Assembly (NCBI GenBank): GCA_016618085.1
Contig: JABLTG010000174.1
Span: 1-38,802, forward strand
Source of the DNA: Neovahlkampfia damariscottae
Taxonomy: Eukaryota
Direction of reading: 5' to 3'
Length of the DNA stretch: 38,802 bases
The first letter of the stretch is position 1, and every line of letters begins with the position of its first letter. The notes below the pieces were generated by a model. It did no database searches. It saw nothing but the letters and a program-made list of their open reading frames with translations, and was not told the origin of the DNA. Below are positions 23,201 through 33,683 of this stretch, one piece after another. A program made the translations under genes and the position numbers.

Positions 23201-23233
23201 TAGCCCTCCAAAAAAACCGTTTCCATCAACGAC

Positions 23234-23863
23234 ATGAACAATTTGACTTGTCAACAAACTCAAATAAACGAACTACCTCACAAAGAGATAAGAAAATCTA
23301 TTTCAGAAGAAGATTTGATTTTAAATTATAAAACCAAGACACAAAGAAAACCTTTTCATGACATTCGTTCTCAATTACTGAAAGAAAACTTTCAAAACTT
23401 TTCTCCAAAAAATTCAAAAACCACCAAAACAGTTAAAACGAAAAAACCTCAAAAATCATCCAAAACACAAAAAATGAAAAATAAAAAAAACGAAAAAAAA
23501 TTACCAAGGTCTTTCTTCACGAATATAAGAAGTTATATGACTGATAACAAAATATTCGACTCTAATATGTACTACAATGATGTTAGTTTTGAATATGACG
23601 AAAATTTTAAAAGAGAAACTCGAGGAAGAAAACAAAACTGGAGTTGGTTGACAGAACATCAAAAAGAAGATCAAACATCAAAACATTATAAAATTTTGGG
23701 AATAGCAAAAACATCAAGTCTTGAAGAAATTAAAAAACAATACTATAAATTATCAATGAAATATCATCCTGATAGAAATCCTGATAATTTGGAAGCAACA
23801 GAAAAATTCCAGAAATTTTCTGAATCTTATCATGCAATCATTGATCAATTTTCAAAAAAATAA
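23234..23863 (+). CDS. Protein with a C-terminal DnaJ (J) domain
   Basis: HYKILGI...[19 protein letters not shown]...[10 protein letters not shown], including the HPD motif. Confidence 0.9.
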   Translation: MNNLTCQQTQINELPHKEIRKSISEEDLILNYKTKTQRKPFHDIRSQLLKENFQNFSPKNSKTTKTVKTKKPQKSSKTQKMKNKKNEKKLPRSFFTNIRSYMTDNKIFDSNMYYNDVSFEYDENFKRETRGRKQNWSWLTEHQKEDQTSKHYKILGIAKTSSLEEIKKQYYKLSMKYHPDRNPDNLEATEKFQKFSESYHAIIDQFSKK

Positions 23864-23971
23864 AAAAGTATACTTTATTTTCCTTTGGATTCATATTTTA
23901 GTTTTTTTTAGATTTACAACAAAGCTAACTGTAAAATTCCTTTGGAAGAATTCTATCCAATCAAAACATCG

Positions 23972-24913
23972 ATGGAAATTTCTATTACTTCTTCCTCACC
24001 CACCAACGACTCAAAATTTAAATTAGAAATGGATTTAGTTCCTTTAATTGAAAAAAAACTATGTCATTTTGAATTGAAGTGTGAAGATTCTGACTGTAAG
24101 TTTTTTCATGCCAAAATAAAAAAAAATAAATTTATAATTGAACGTCATCCAACAAAATTCAAAATTTTCATTTGTCCACATTTTCAAAAATCAAAAGCAT
24201 GTAAACACGGTGAAAATTGTAAAGATTTACATCATGAAATCACAAAAACCAATAGGTTAAAAGTATACCAAACTCAAGCAAATTTAGCTCCTATTTTAGC
24301 TTTTTCAGCAGGAATTTTACCATATTCAATTAATCACAGTGATCATGATGTATATTTTCTCATGGGAAAAGAAAAAAAAAATAAATATGTTTGGTGTGAT
24401 TTTGGTGGTCGATATGCATCAGAAGACAAATCCCATTTGTACACTGCAGCAAGAGAAGCATGTGAAGAAACAATGGGATTAATTGGAAGAACAGATGATA
24501 ATATAACAGAAGATATTCTATCAAAAAAGAATTTAATGATCAGTATAAATTACATTGAAGGTCTATTATTGAGGGAACAAGGAGTATATCATATTGATGT
24601 TTCAAACTATCAACAATATTTATGTCATATTCCTTGGATTAATGAAGATGTTTTGAATGATGCTTTAGTATTGAATAGAAAAAAAGAGTACAAACTCAGA
24701 CATGTGGAAAAATTGGAATATAAATGGATCAAAGGATTTGTTCTTTTGAATTTGATTGAAGAAATGATTGAGAATGAAGGAAAGGAAGAAAAACAAAAAA
24801 TTGGAATTAAAAATGGAAATTCTATTGAAGGATTTAGAAAATCTTTCATTCCAGGCTTGAAAGCAAGTTATGTTTTCATCAAACAAATAATTGATAATAA
24901 TTTGTTTGAATGA
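23972..24913 (+). CDS. CCCH zinc-finger / Nudix hydrolase fusion
   Basis: CHFELKCEDSDCKFFH and CPHFQKSKACKHGENCKDLH, then SAGILPY...FLMGKE...WCDFGG...TAAREACEETMG (Nudix box). ATG 23972 lies 10 nt after a CCAAT box. Confidence 0.85.
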   Translation: MEISITSSSPTNDSKFKLEMDLVPLIEKKLCHFELKCEDSDCKFFHAKIKKNKFIIERHPTKFKIFICPHFQKSKACKHGENCKDLHHEITKTNRLKVYQTQANLAPILAFSAGILPYSINHSDHDVYFLMGKEKKNKYVWCDFGGRYASEDKSHLYTAAREACEETMGLIGRTDDNITEDILSKKNLMISINYIEGLLLREQGVYHIDVSNYQQYLCHIPWINEDVLNDALVLNRKKEYKLRHVEKLEYKWIKGFVLLNLIEEMIENEGKEEKQKIGIKNGNSIEGFRKSFIPGLKASYVFIKQIIDNNLFE

Positions 24914-25178
24914 AATATTTTCTCTTTTTAAATTGTAGTTTTAAGTTTTTTGGGGTGACAATTTTTCCAAATTCTTCAATTGGTGGTATATCAAATATTT
25001 GACATCTTTCTACGTTTAAATTCCAAAGGATCTTGAAGCATTGACATTTTCAAAAAAATTGTTTGTTTCTATTTGATAGGTTCTGATAAAGAAGAAAAAT
25101 GTGTCTGTTTACAACTAGGAGGAAGAAGAACAATGATTTAAAGGGAATGAAACAATTTTTGAAATATAATTAATTTTT

Positions 25179-25572
25179 TTATAAACCCTTTTCAAGAATC
25201 ATTTTTTCTTTTTCATCATATTCTTTGTCTGTTAAAATTCCACGTTTTTTAAACTTTTAACATTTTTTAATCTTTTTTTTTTTTTACATCTTTTAATTTC
25301 TGAATATCTTCTTGCCAAGTTTTTTTTCTTGATTTTTCTTCTTCTGTAGAATGTTTTTTACGATATGAAATTTCTTCAAAATGGTTTTTGCAATAATAAA
25401 TGTTTTCAAGTGAACCATAATTAGTTAAAGTAAGTTTCACTTTACAACCAGCAAATTGACACTTGAAACAAGTCGTGTGAATAGGTACATCAATTCCAGG
25501 AGCAGCTTCTGTATTATAAACAGTCTTTTTACAAACAGCACATTTGTTACCACCTCCACCAAATTTTGACAT
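25179..25572 (-). CDS. LIM-domain protein with a C-terminal SHOCT-like motif
   Basis: CAVCKKTVY...HTTCFKCQFAGC...YCKNH. Removing intron 25254-25287 gives DIQKLKDFKKRGILTDKEYDEKKKMIL. Confidence 0.82.
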
Positions 25573-25612
25573 ATTATGATTGGATGAAAATTCAATCAAG
25601 AAAATACAATAT

Positions 25613-26311
25613 TTATTGACATTTCTTGTGGCAAAGACCCATCAAAGCAATTTTTTTGTGAATTCTGGTGAAATGGTTATGATAGTTGATGAACATCATG
25701 CAACTGCAAAAACTGAAATCACCTCTTGCGACTTTTGCTTTGAAAGCTGATAATAATCTCTTTCCATCTTTTTTTTCAACTTTTTTGGAGAAACCTCTTC
25801 CATGAACCCAAAGAAAATTTTTATGAAACCAATGACCAACAGATGAAAAAGCATCATCTATCTTTGCTCTCACAGAAGGATCACGACAAGCTCCTTTAAT
25901 GGAAGCAATTCTTTTTTTCATGTAATCAGCAAGTACATTTTTAACAGCTTCTCTTTTAAAAAAGTTGTATTTCATTGATATTCTGCGAATACTTTGCTCT
26001 AAGTATGTTCTCATTGAGTTTTTACGACAATCTTTGTGAAATCTGTTTTTGTACTTTTTCCAGGTTTTCATTTTTTTTAGTCCAAGATAAACGTTCTTCC
26101 CGCATGAACACATGTGAGAACAGGTATATAGTGGGTTACAAAAGTCATTTCCGAAGAATGCTTGAACTCCAGTGTCTTCTATATCCAAAACAATTTCGTC
26201 TTCTTCTGGAATCACATCAAGTACATTTGCAGCATCACAATTTTGAGATGTAGTTGCTTTGGTTGCAAGAAATAAAGTGAGAAACAAACAGCACAGTAAT
26301 AACTGATTCAT
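25613..26311 (-). CDS. Secreted cysteine-rich basic protein
   Basis: Signal peptide MNQLLLCCLFLTLFLATKA and multiple cysteines. The ATG lies 6 nt after an ATTGG box. Confidence 0.75.
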   Translation of the reverse strand: MNQLLLCCLFLTLFLATKATTSQNCDAANVLDVIPEEDEIVLDIEDTGVQAFFGNDFCNPLYTCSHMCSCGKNVYLGLKKMKTWKKYKNRFHKDCRKNSMRTYLEQSIRRISMKYNFFKREAVKNVLADYMKKRIASIKGACRDPSVRAKIDDAFSSVGHWFHKNFLWVHGRGFSKKVEKKDGKRLLSAFKAKVARGDFSFCSCMMFINYHNHFTRIHKKIALMGLCHKKCQ

Positions 26312-26734
26312 TATTGACCAATCGGCTAAATTGCCTTTTGTTAAATAATTGGTCAATGTAGTTTTTCCGAAAATCATCAGTTCAAAATTTGTTAAATCAA
26401 AAAATTACTGTTAAACTTCAAGATTGGTTATAAACTTTGTCTCAATTGCCACAACTTCACATTTCATTATTCAGAAATTCTGCAGTATTAGATAATTTTA
26501 TGATCTCCAACAAAAGTTAAATAAAATGAAAAAGAAGATCACTCCACAATTGAAACAGTTTTTCATCAAAAAATTCATCATTGAAAAAACAATTGTTTCA
26601 ATTTCTATTTGATTGAATACTATTTGAATTCCAATAATTAAGTTGATCACATTTGTATTATTGCACATTAACAAGTTCCAAAAGATTTGATTGGTGAAAT
26701 ACTTCTAAAAGGTGATTTGTCAAAAGAAGGAGTC

Positions 26735-28247
26735 ATGGAGAAGTTTAACTCATTGTTCAGCTTCCTCTTTCAAAACAGATTCATAGGATACATTACATCC
26801 ACTATAATGATGATAACAGCAGGAACTATTTACATATTTCCTGTCATCAGCGTTGATTTGAGAAATTTACTGGGATACTCTCTTTTGGAAGCAAATTTTA
26901 TTTTTTCATGTGCCACTTTTGGAAAGTAAACAAAAACATTATTTATTGTTAGTTTTGTTGGTATATTGACAGGTATATTTTATGACAATTTTAGAACAAG
27001 ATTCACTTCAATTTTGGCTTCAGTTCTTGTTTGTTCATCATATACATTAATTCAATTAACATGTCGAGGATATTTGTACAATAATTCACTTTTATTTGGA
27101 TTTTACTATTTATTAGGTTCGTGAATTTCTATTAACAATGAAAAGTTGGTTTTGGAGGGAATGCTCAAGTTATTATTGGTTCTGGAACTAATTCAAAGAA
27201 TTTTCCACCTGAAAGAAAAGGTCTTGTTCTTGGGATCGTCCTTTTATTCTTTGGATTGAGTGGTGCACTTTTATCACCACTTTATAAATTCTTTGAAGGT
27301 CCAGAAAAACTTGCAAATTATTACACAATGTTAAGTATTTTAGGATTATTTCTTCCATTGATTAATAGCATTTTTCTGACTGAATATGAAAAGCCAAAAG
27401 AAGAAGAAGAATTTCAAGAAGCAAAGAAACCAGTTGCTAACCATGACACATCAACTCTTGGAATGTTCATCACATTAAGATTTTATTTAGTATTTCTGAC
27501 TTGGGGCGTCGCTAGTGGAGCAGGTGTAAGTATTTTAACCAGTTCATTATTTTTCCAAGTTGATGTTTATGAACAATTTAGGAGAAATAATTCTCTCAAC
27601 AGGAGGTCCAAAAGATGCTGCTACATATTTAGTCCCTATTCTTTTGGTTTCAAATTGTGGAGGGCGCGTAATAGGTGGTCTATTACTTGACATTTTTGGA
27701 AAATGGGTTTCAAGACCATATTTCATGTTGATGACATGCGCAGGAGCTCTTTGTGCCTCTTTACTAAGTGCGTTCTCCAATTTTTATATGTTATTTCCTG
27801 CTGTGGTGCTTCAAGGATTTTTCTTTGGTGTTTCAATGGTTGTTGGTGTTGCGTATGTTAAAATTCAAAAATTCTAATTTTCTCTTCTAGATTGCCGATG
27901 GATATGTTCGGACCAAGTAACAATTTCACCTGTATTTACCTTTTTTAGCGTATTATGGAACTAATTTTTCAGTATGTTTTGCAGGACCTGCGATTGCAAC
28001 TCTCATTTTTTCAACTTTTATGTTCAGTCACATCTATAGTCTAAATGTTCCACAAGATGAATTGAAATGTACTTCAGGTCATCACTGTTATATGTGGAGC
28101 TTTATAATTGTTGCTGGGTGTTGTTTAATTGGTTGTATTTTGTCATTAATCCTTGCTTTGACAACAAGAAAATATTATCAAAAAAAGCAAAACAACCAAC
28201 AAGACAAAGAAATCCAAGAAAATAACAATTTGATCCAATCTGATTGA
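26735..28247 (+). CDS. MFS transporter, nodulin-like (NFD4/Mch1-type)
   Basis: AGTIYIF..S..LR..LGYS, GIFYDNF, NFPPERKGLVLG...FGLSG, GRVIGGLLLD, DMFGP.YYGTN and C-terminal CTSGHHCY. Multiple introns, including a 26-nt micro-exon at 27891-27916. Confidence 0.88.
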
Positions 28248-28343
28248 AAATAAACTTTTCTTGATGTTTTCAATGAATACGCTGTGATTTAACTTTTGAT
28301 TCTTGAATAGTTTTGTCAGAAGTTAATAAAATAGAAATCAGAT

Positions 28344-30068
28344 TTATTCTTGGATTATGCAATCAGACAGAACTTTTACAAGGTGATTTATTGTAGTGTT
28401 GTCATTTGTCGTCAATTTTTCCACCAATTTTTTTATTTTTTCATTCAAATCACTTTTCAAACTAATTTGATTTGAGAATGTCAAGAATTCAAAGAATTCT
28501 CTCAAGCTTTGAAATATTGATGGTGAATTTAACGAACTTAATTCATTAAAATTCTTGGAAAAAAAGAAAAGTTCGTTCAATTTTTCACTTCCTTTCATGA
28601 GAGCTTCTGAAACACAAAAATATTCCAAAAGAAAACCATAATAATAACAAGTTGTGGCCTTATTAAATTGACCTAAATTCAAGCCTAAAAATCTTCCCAA
28701 TAATGAAAAAATGATAGAAATTTCAATTGGATGTTTCACATTATATTTGAATTTCTTATTCTCCAATTTTTCTGTTTTCTCAATAGAAATATCAAAAACC
28801 CCCTTAATATTATCATGTTTGAATGAAATTCCAAATTTCATCATCAAAATTCCACTAAAATCTCTCAAAATTTGATCAACTTCTTTTGATAATTCTATTG
28901 AATTTTCCTGGATTGAAGTTAAATAAGTATTGATATGAATAAAAGAACAATCAACACAATTCAAAGATTTCTTTAATTTATCAATAGACTCCAATTCTCT
29001 AATGTGAAAATTAAACAATTTGTTTTCAAACCTCTTTTCAAATTGATACAAGAATTTTCCGTATTCCATAAACCCATCAGCACAATAAGGAAATAAAGTT
29101 AAAACTTCAATGTAAATATTTTCAGCAATGTTATATTCATATATATTCGACAATACTTTGGCATATAATAAAAATGGTTGGATACGAACTCTTTCTAAAT
29201 TTTTCATTAATTTCAAGCATTTTTCACATAATTTTCTTGATTCATGATAATCTTCAGAATGATAATATATCAATGCTTGTAAATATGTCGAATAGACTCC
29301 TTCTTGTGGATCTTCAAATACCAATTCTCCAAGCATAAAATTGACCAATTGAATCATCTTCAAATATATGAGTTTTCAGAACATTTTACTTACAATTTTG
29401 GTTTGTTTTTCTAAAAAAGAATACTTTGATAGATTTTTTGACTCTGTTATTTTTTGAAGAATGACTTTTGCTTTTTCAAAATTCAGTCGTTTTGAGTAGT
29501 TAATTGCTTTCCACAAATTGAAAAATAAAATTTCTGATTCTTCTTCTGTTTGATGTATACAATACTCTAAAATGTAATTGGTGACCTGAAAGTCTTTAAA
29601 ATAATTAGGTTTGATTTTTTTTTTACTATTTGTCAACATGTAGTATCTGAGTTCGTTGTACAAGAATTTTTGAAAAAGTGTTTCTTTTTGCATATTTATT
29701 TTCCATCTTTCTTTCCTTTCCAAAGGTATTTTTGACATTAAATCATCCAGATTTTCTATTTTTTCATTTGTTTCTATTTCAACAATTGTTTTTGATTCTT
29801 TGTCAATTTTTGTCCAGTAGTATGGTATTGGTACTTGTAATTCATCACAAAGTTCCAATTTATATGTCATTTCATTTATTTGTGTTTTATTTTTTTGTAA
29901 TTTTTTTTGAATTTCATCAGAAGAAAAAAATGAAACCAATTTTTCATCTAGTATTTGTTCAAATTTGGAAAGCAATTCTTCTTTCGGTTTTACTGGTTTA
30001 TGAACAACGTTTTCAAATTGTAAAGTATTTATCAATTGCTCAACTCGTCTTTTAAACTTTGCATCCAT
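28344..30068 (-). CDS. Alpha-helical, TPR-like hypothetical protein
   Basis: Two ORFs joined in frame by intron 29358-29393. TPR-like segments (ALIYYHSEDYHESRKLCEKCL, AENIYIEVLTLFPYCADGFMEYGKFL). Confidence 0.72.
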
Positions 30069-30106
30069 GAAAAATATGATTGGTCAATTTGTTGGAAATT
30101 TTTATT

Positions 30107-31591
30107 TCATGTTTCTTTGTTCATATCTTGGAGTGTGGTTTTGTTGGGAATCTTTGAAGCTTTGATTGAAATTCGGTGTTTGTTGATTGGTTGACTGTAT
30201 TCATTTCTGATGTATAGCCTGCCATATTGATCAACAAATCTTTGTTGATTATTTTGATTTCCAACTGAAGGATTCCATTGTGGTGAATTGAAATTCTGTT
30301 GTGAAAATTGATTGAATCCATTTTGTCCAGAATAACCTGGTTGCAAATTTATTGGTTCACCGTTTTGACCTCTGATCTTCAGGTTTCATCAACAAATTTC
30401 TGTCATACGTATAGATTCGATATGCATCATTTTTGAAGGTTTGTATTTTTTGACTGATGGAAACATCATAAATCAAATATGATTGACGGTTAGTTTGATT
30501 ATTGATTGAGAAATCCATCATATAAGATGTTGAATCATGATGAACACCATTGAAACCGATGACTGTATAATAAACATAAAAATAACTTGTGAATTCTTGA
30601 GACAAATTAAAGCAATCTGTTTTTGGTGTTTTGCTTTCACATACTTCTCTATCTCTGACTTTACAAATGACAGTATTGAAACAAACCTGAGTTATATTCC
30701 TATTTACTGGATATTCTCGTAAAAATGGATTAAATTCTGTCAATGGTTCTCCTGCAGTATCAAATTGAAAAACGTCAGGAAATGGAGTTCCTGTCGTGAC
30801 ACCTACTGTTTTTTCATAAAATTCTGGTGTTATAGAGATTGATAGAGGTATTAAAGTTGAGTTGTTTGTTTCTACAGTAGTAAAAATCCACATTGTCAAG
30901 GCAACAGAACCGCTCCAACAAATCTCTATACAAAAATATGATATATACGTTAATATCCAACTAGCACACAACCTGGTAGTTTCACTTTTTTCAACTATTT
31001 TCGCTCCTTGGTAAATGATACCACTAAAACTACAGTACCATGAAAATATTTTCATACCCTTTCTTCAACGAAAAACAATGATATTTATCCCCTCATCGTG
31101 AAATTGATGCAAAAAACATGTTGAATTATAGAACTTTGTTAGATTTTTTGGAAAAGAAATTCTATGAGAAAAATCAAAAGCCAACATTTCTCGTCTTGAA
31201 AAAGTGGATTTTCTGTGATAATTTGTTCTATCATTTTCAGCACAATGTTTTGTGCATGTAAGTTCATTGGGCCTGAAAAAAGATCCTGATGACTCAACAG
31301 AGTTGGATATAAAATAATTTGGAAGGTTTTGTTCTGCCCTGAAAGTTAAATCTAAGTGAGAACAGATACTAATAGAAATATAGTGTATACTAAGGTGCAA
31401 ATAAATGATACACCACAAGTTCCAATGCCTAAAGAATTTCAGTTTTTATGTTCATGTACTGGAGATTGTGAAGCAAATTATTCTTTTCCGTTTATTCTTT
31501 ACGTTCTTTAGAAGTGTTTTTCTTTTGTTTTTTCTTTAGTTTCTTCTGTTTTTTTCTCCACAACGTCATGAAAAAAGTTGTAAATGTCCAT
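30107..31591 (-). CDS. Hypothetical membrane-protein gene or genes; exon structure unresolved, possibly frameshifted
   Basis: CCAAT-preceded ATG at 31591, ORFs 31065-31418, 30357-31055 and 30107-30346, and intron-like GT-AG segments. I could not build a single clean frame. Confidence 0.35.
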
Positions 31592-31714
31592 TCTTGTTAT
31601 TGGTCAATTTAGTTTGAGAAGATGAATTGCCATTTCTTTCTAAATATTAATAATTTGGGGATTTTATAAATTAAATTCTATTTTTGCTAATATGACTTGA
31701 AAAATCATGTGAGA

Positions 31715-32385
31715 TCAGCGAAACCAAAAATTTATGGAAATACTCTCCTCCAATGATTTAACATGATGCCAAAATTTACGAGGAATAAACAACATTTCTC
31801 CTTCATTGATTTCAAATTCCCAATATTCCAAAGAATCAAATCCTGGGAATTTTTCAACATCCACTTTTTTATCTAAATTAATTTGACTTGTATTTTTCAA
31901 CCTAAAATGTTTATGACGATACATAAATTTTGAATCTTTTTTATCATAAATCCTAATTTTTTTTTTCCTTTAATTTGACAAAACAAATTTGGATTTGGAT
32001 CATAATGTAAATTTGAAATTGTATTTTTTGGTCCCATCCAAGCATTTATTCTGTATATATCGCCTACACCAGCTTTGCAATATTTTGGTATTTCAAAATC
32101 ATTTTTTAAATTTTCAAAATCTTCAAACAAAGGATACTAAAAAAATGTGAAAATTTTTTTATCCTCATACTTTATCTTGGATATAATTTTGAAAAGAGAT
32201 TAGTTTTGTTTCAAAATTGGTGTATGAACTTGTTTCAATTGGTATTTTTTTATTTGTTGTGTTTTGAATCAGATACTCGGTATTTTTCCAACTTTTTAAA
32301 GCTTTCCAAGTTGACATTGAATCCGTTAGAAGACAAGGAATCTCTTTTTTAAAAATTTCTCTCGAAATTCTTCAAACAACTTCAT
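31715..32385 (-). CDS. JmjC-domain hydroxylase (JMJD5/KDM8-like, cupin_8) with an apparent 1-nt homopolymer frameshift
   Basis: INAWMGPKNTISNLHYDP, NLFCQIKGKK and EGEMLFIPRKFWHHVKSL...SINFWF. Intron 32137-32170. The frame breaks in the T10 run at 31957-31966. Confidence 0.88.
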
Positions 32386-32426
32386 TTCTCCAATTAAAAC
32401 ACAGGAAAATTCAAAGAACAAAATAT

Positions 32427-33539
32427 TTATGATTTATTTTGAATGAGTCCTCTACATGTTGAATTTGATGGTTGATTGCCTTTTAATGAGACATCTAAAG
32501 CATAGAATGAATTTCCATAACAATAACCAGGTCCATAATACAAAGCAGTGTTCGAATGAATTTTGCCTCCAAACATATTTAAATTTCCACGTAGCAAATG
32601 GACCCCACCTCCATACTTTCCAGAATTTTTGATCAAATCAACATTTTTTGTTGTGACTTGGCTTTCAAAATAAACAGCTAGTCCTCCACTAATTACGACG
32701 TTGATGTTTCCATTTTGAATAGCTTGTGAATTTTCTAAAATTCCTTTTGATTGAGCAATATTGAATCCATGATTGCAATTTGATACTGAACAATTTGATA
32801 AATGAAACTGTTTAGTTTTGAAGATTGAAAAACCACATTCATTTTCGCTGTAGCAATATTTAGTTACATTCACTAACACATTGGACATTTCTAACTCATT
32901 AGCACCTTCAACCACTAACCCTTTTGTAATTATATTCATTAAAGATAAATTTTTAATCGAAATTGACTTGTATGCACCCCTTAAAGAAAAACCATTTTTA
33001 ACACCATCCATCAACACATCTTGAACTATAACTGTTGAGGATGGAATTTCAGAATTTATTTTCACTCCAGCAGAATATGTACCAAATAAAACATTGTTCA
33101 TAGATAGTTTTCCAACCAAGTTTGATATTTCAATTGCAAAAGAAAGAGTTTCATTAAAAATCATGTTTTTCAATGAGACATTCTCGACTTCTTGAACCTT
33201 GATACCATCACCTTTTGAACAATCTATATGTATATTTGATAATGAAAACTCTTTCACCTTTCCAATTACAAAGTGTCCAAATAAATGAGGTTTTACTCCT
33301 CTCACAGATATACCGAAGAGTTTGAGTGATTTTGTTAATTTCAAGTCTTCTTTATATGCACCTGCTTCAATGAGGATAGAGTCCCCATTTGAAGATTTAC
33401 TGAAAGCGTGTTGAATTGTGTAAAATGGTTCATCTTTTGATCCAGGATTTTTGTCAGAACCAAGTTTGGAGACATACCACTCCTTTGAACAAACCATTGA
33501 AACGATGAATAAAACAATTATAAATTGAATAGAACCCAT
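32427..33539 (-). CDS. Secreted right-handed parallel beta-helix (pectin-lyase-like) protein
   Basis: Signal peptide, then WYVSKLGSDKNPGSKDEPFYTIQHA...GDSILIEAGAY, PbH1-like repeats and GGG/N motifs. Confidence 0.85.
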   Translation of the reverse strand: MGSIQFIIVLFIVSMVCSKEWYVSKLGSDKNPGSKDEPFYTIQHAFSKSSNGDSILIEAGAYKEDLKLTKSLKLFGISVRGVKPHLFGHFVIGKVKEFSLSNIHIDCSKGDGIKVQEVENVSLKNMIFNETLSFAIEISNLVGKLSMNNVLFGTYSAGVKINSEIPSSTVIVQDVLMDGVKNGFSLRGAYKSISIKNLSLMNIITKGLVVEGANELEMSNVLVNVTKYCYSENECGFSIFKTKQFHLSNCSVSNCNHGFNIAQSKGILENSQAIQNGNINVVISGGLAVYFESQVTTKNVDLIKNSGKYGGGVHLLRGNLNMFGGKIHSNTALYYGPGYCYGNSFYALDVSLKGNQPSNSTCRGLIQNKS

Positions 33540-33683
33540 TTTTTTTTTGATGTTTTCTGAAATTGATGAAGTGCTTTTATAGAATGTTCCAATCATGTTG
33601 ATTAGTCGAAAATGGTTCATTTGAGAAATTGAAACATTCAATTTGGGTTATGAGTTCAATTTAAAAATCAAATTCAAATTTCA

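Noticed and set aside
24914..25178. Coding-like fragments between the Nudix and LIM genes
   Set aside because: No start in a long frame and no motif; likely UTR or a remnant.
31040..31055. 16-bp perfect palindrome ATGAAAATATTTTCAT
   Set aside because: Almost all A/T, so plausible by chance in this composition. No associated element.
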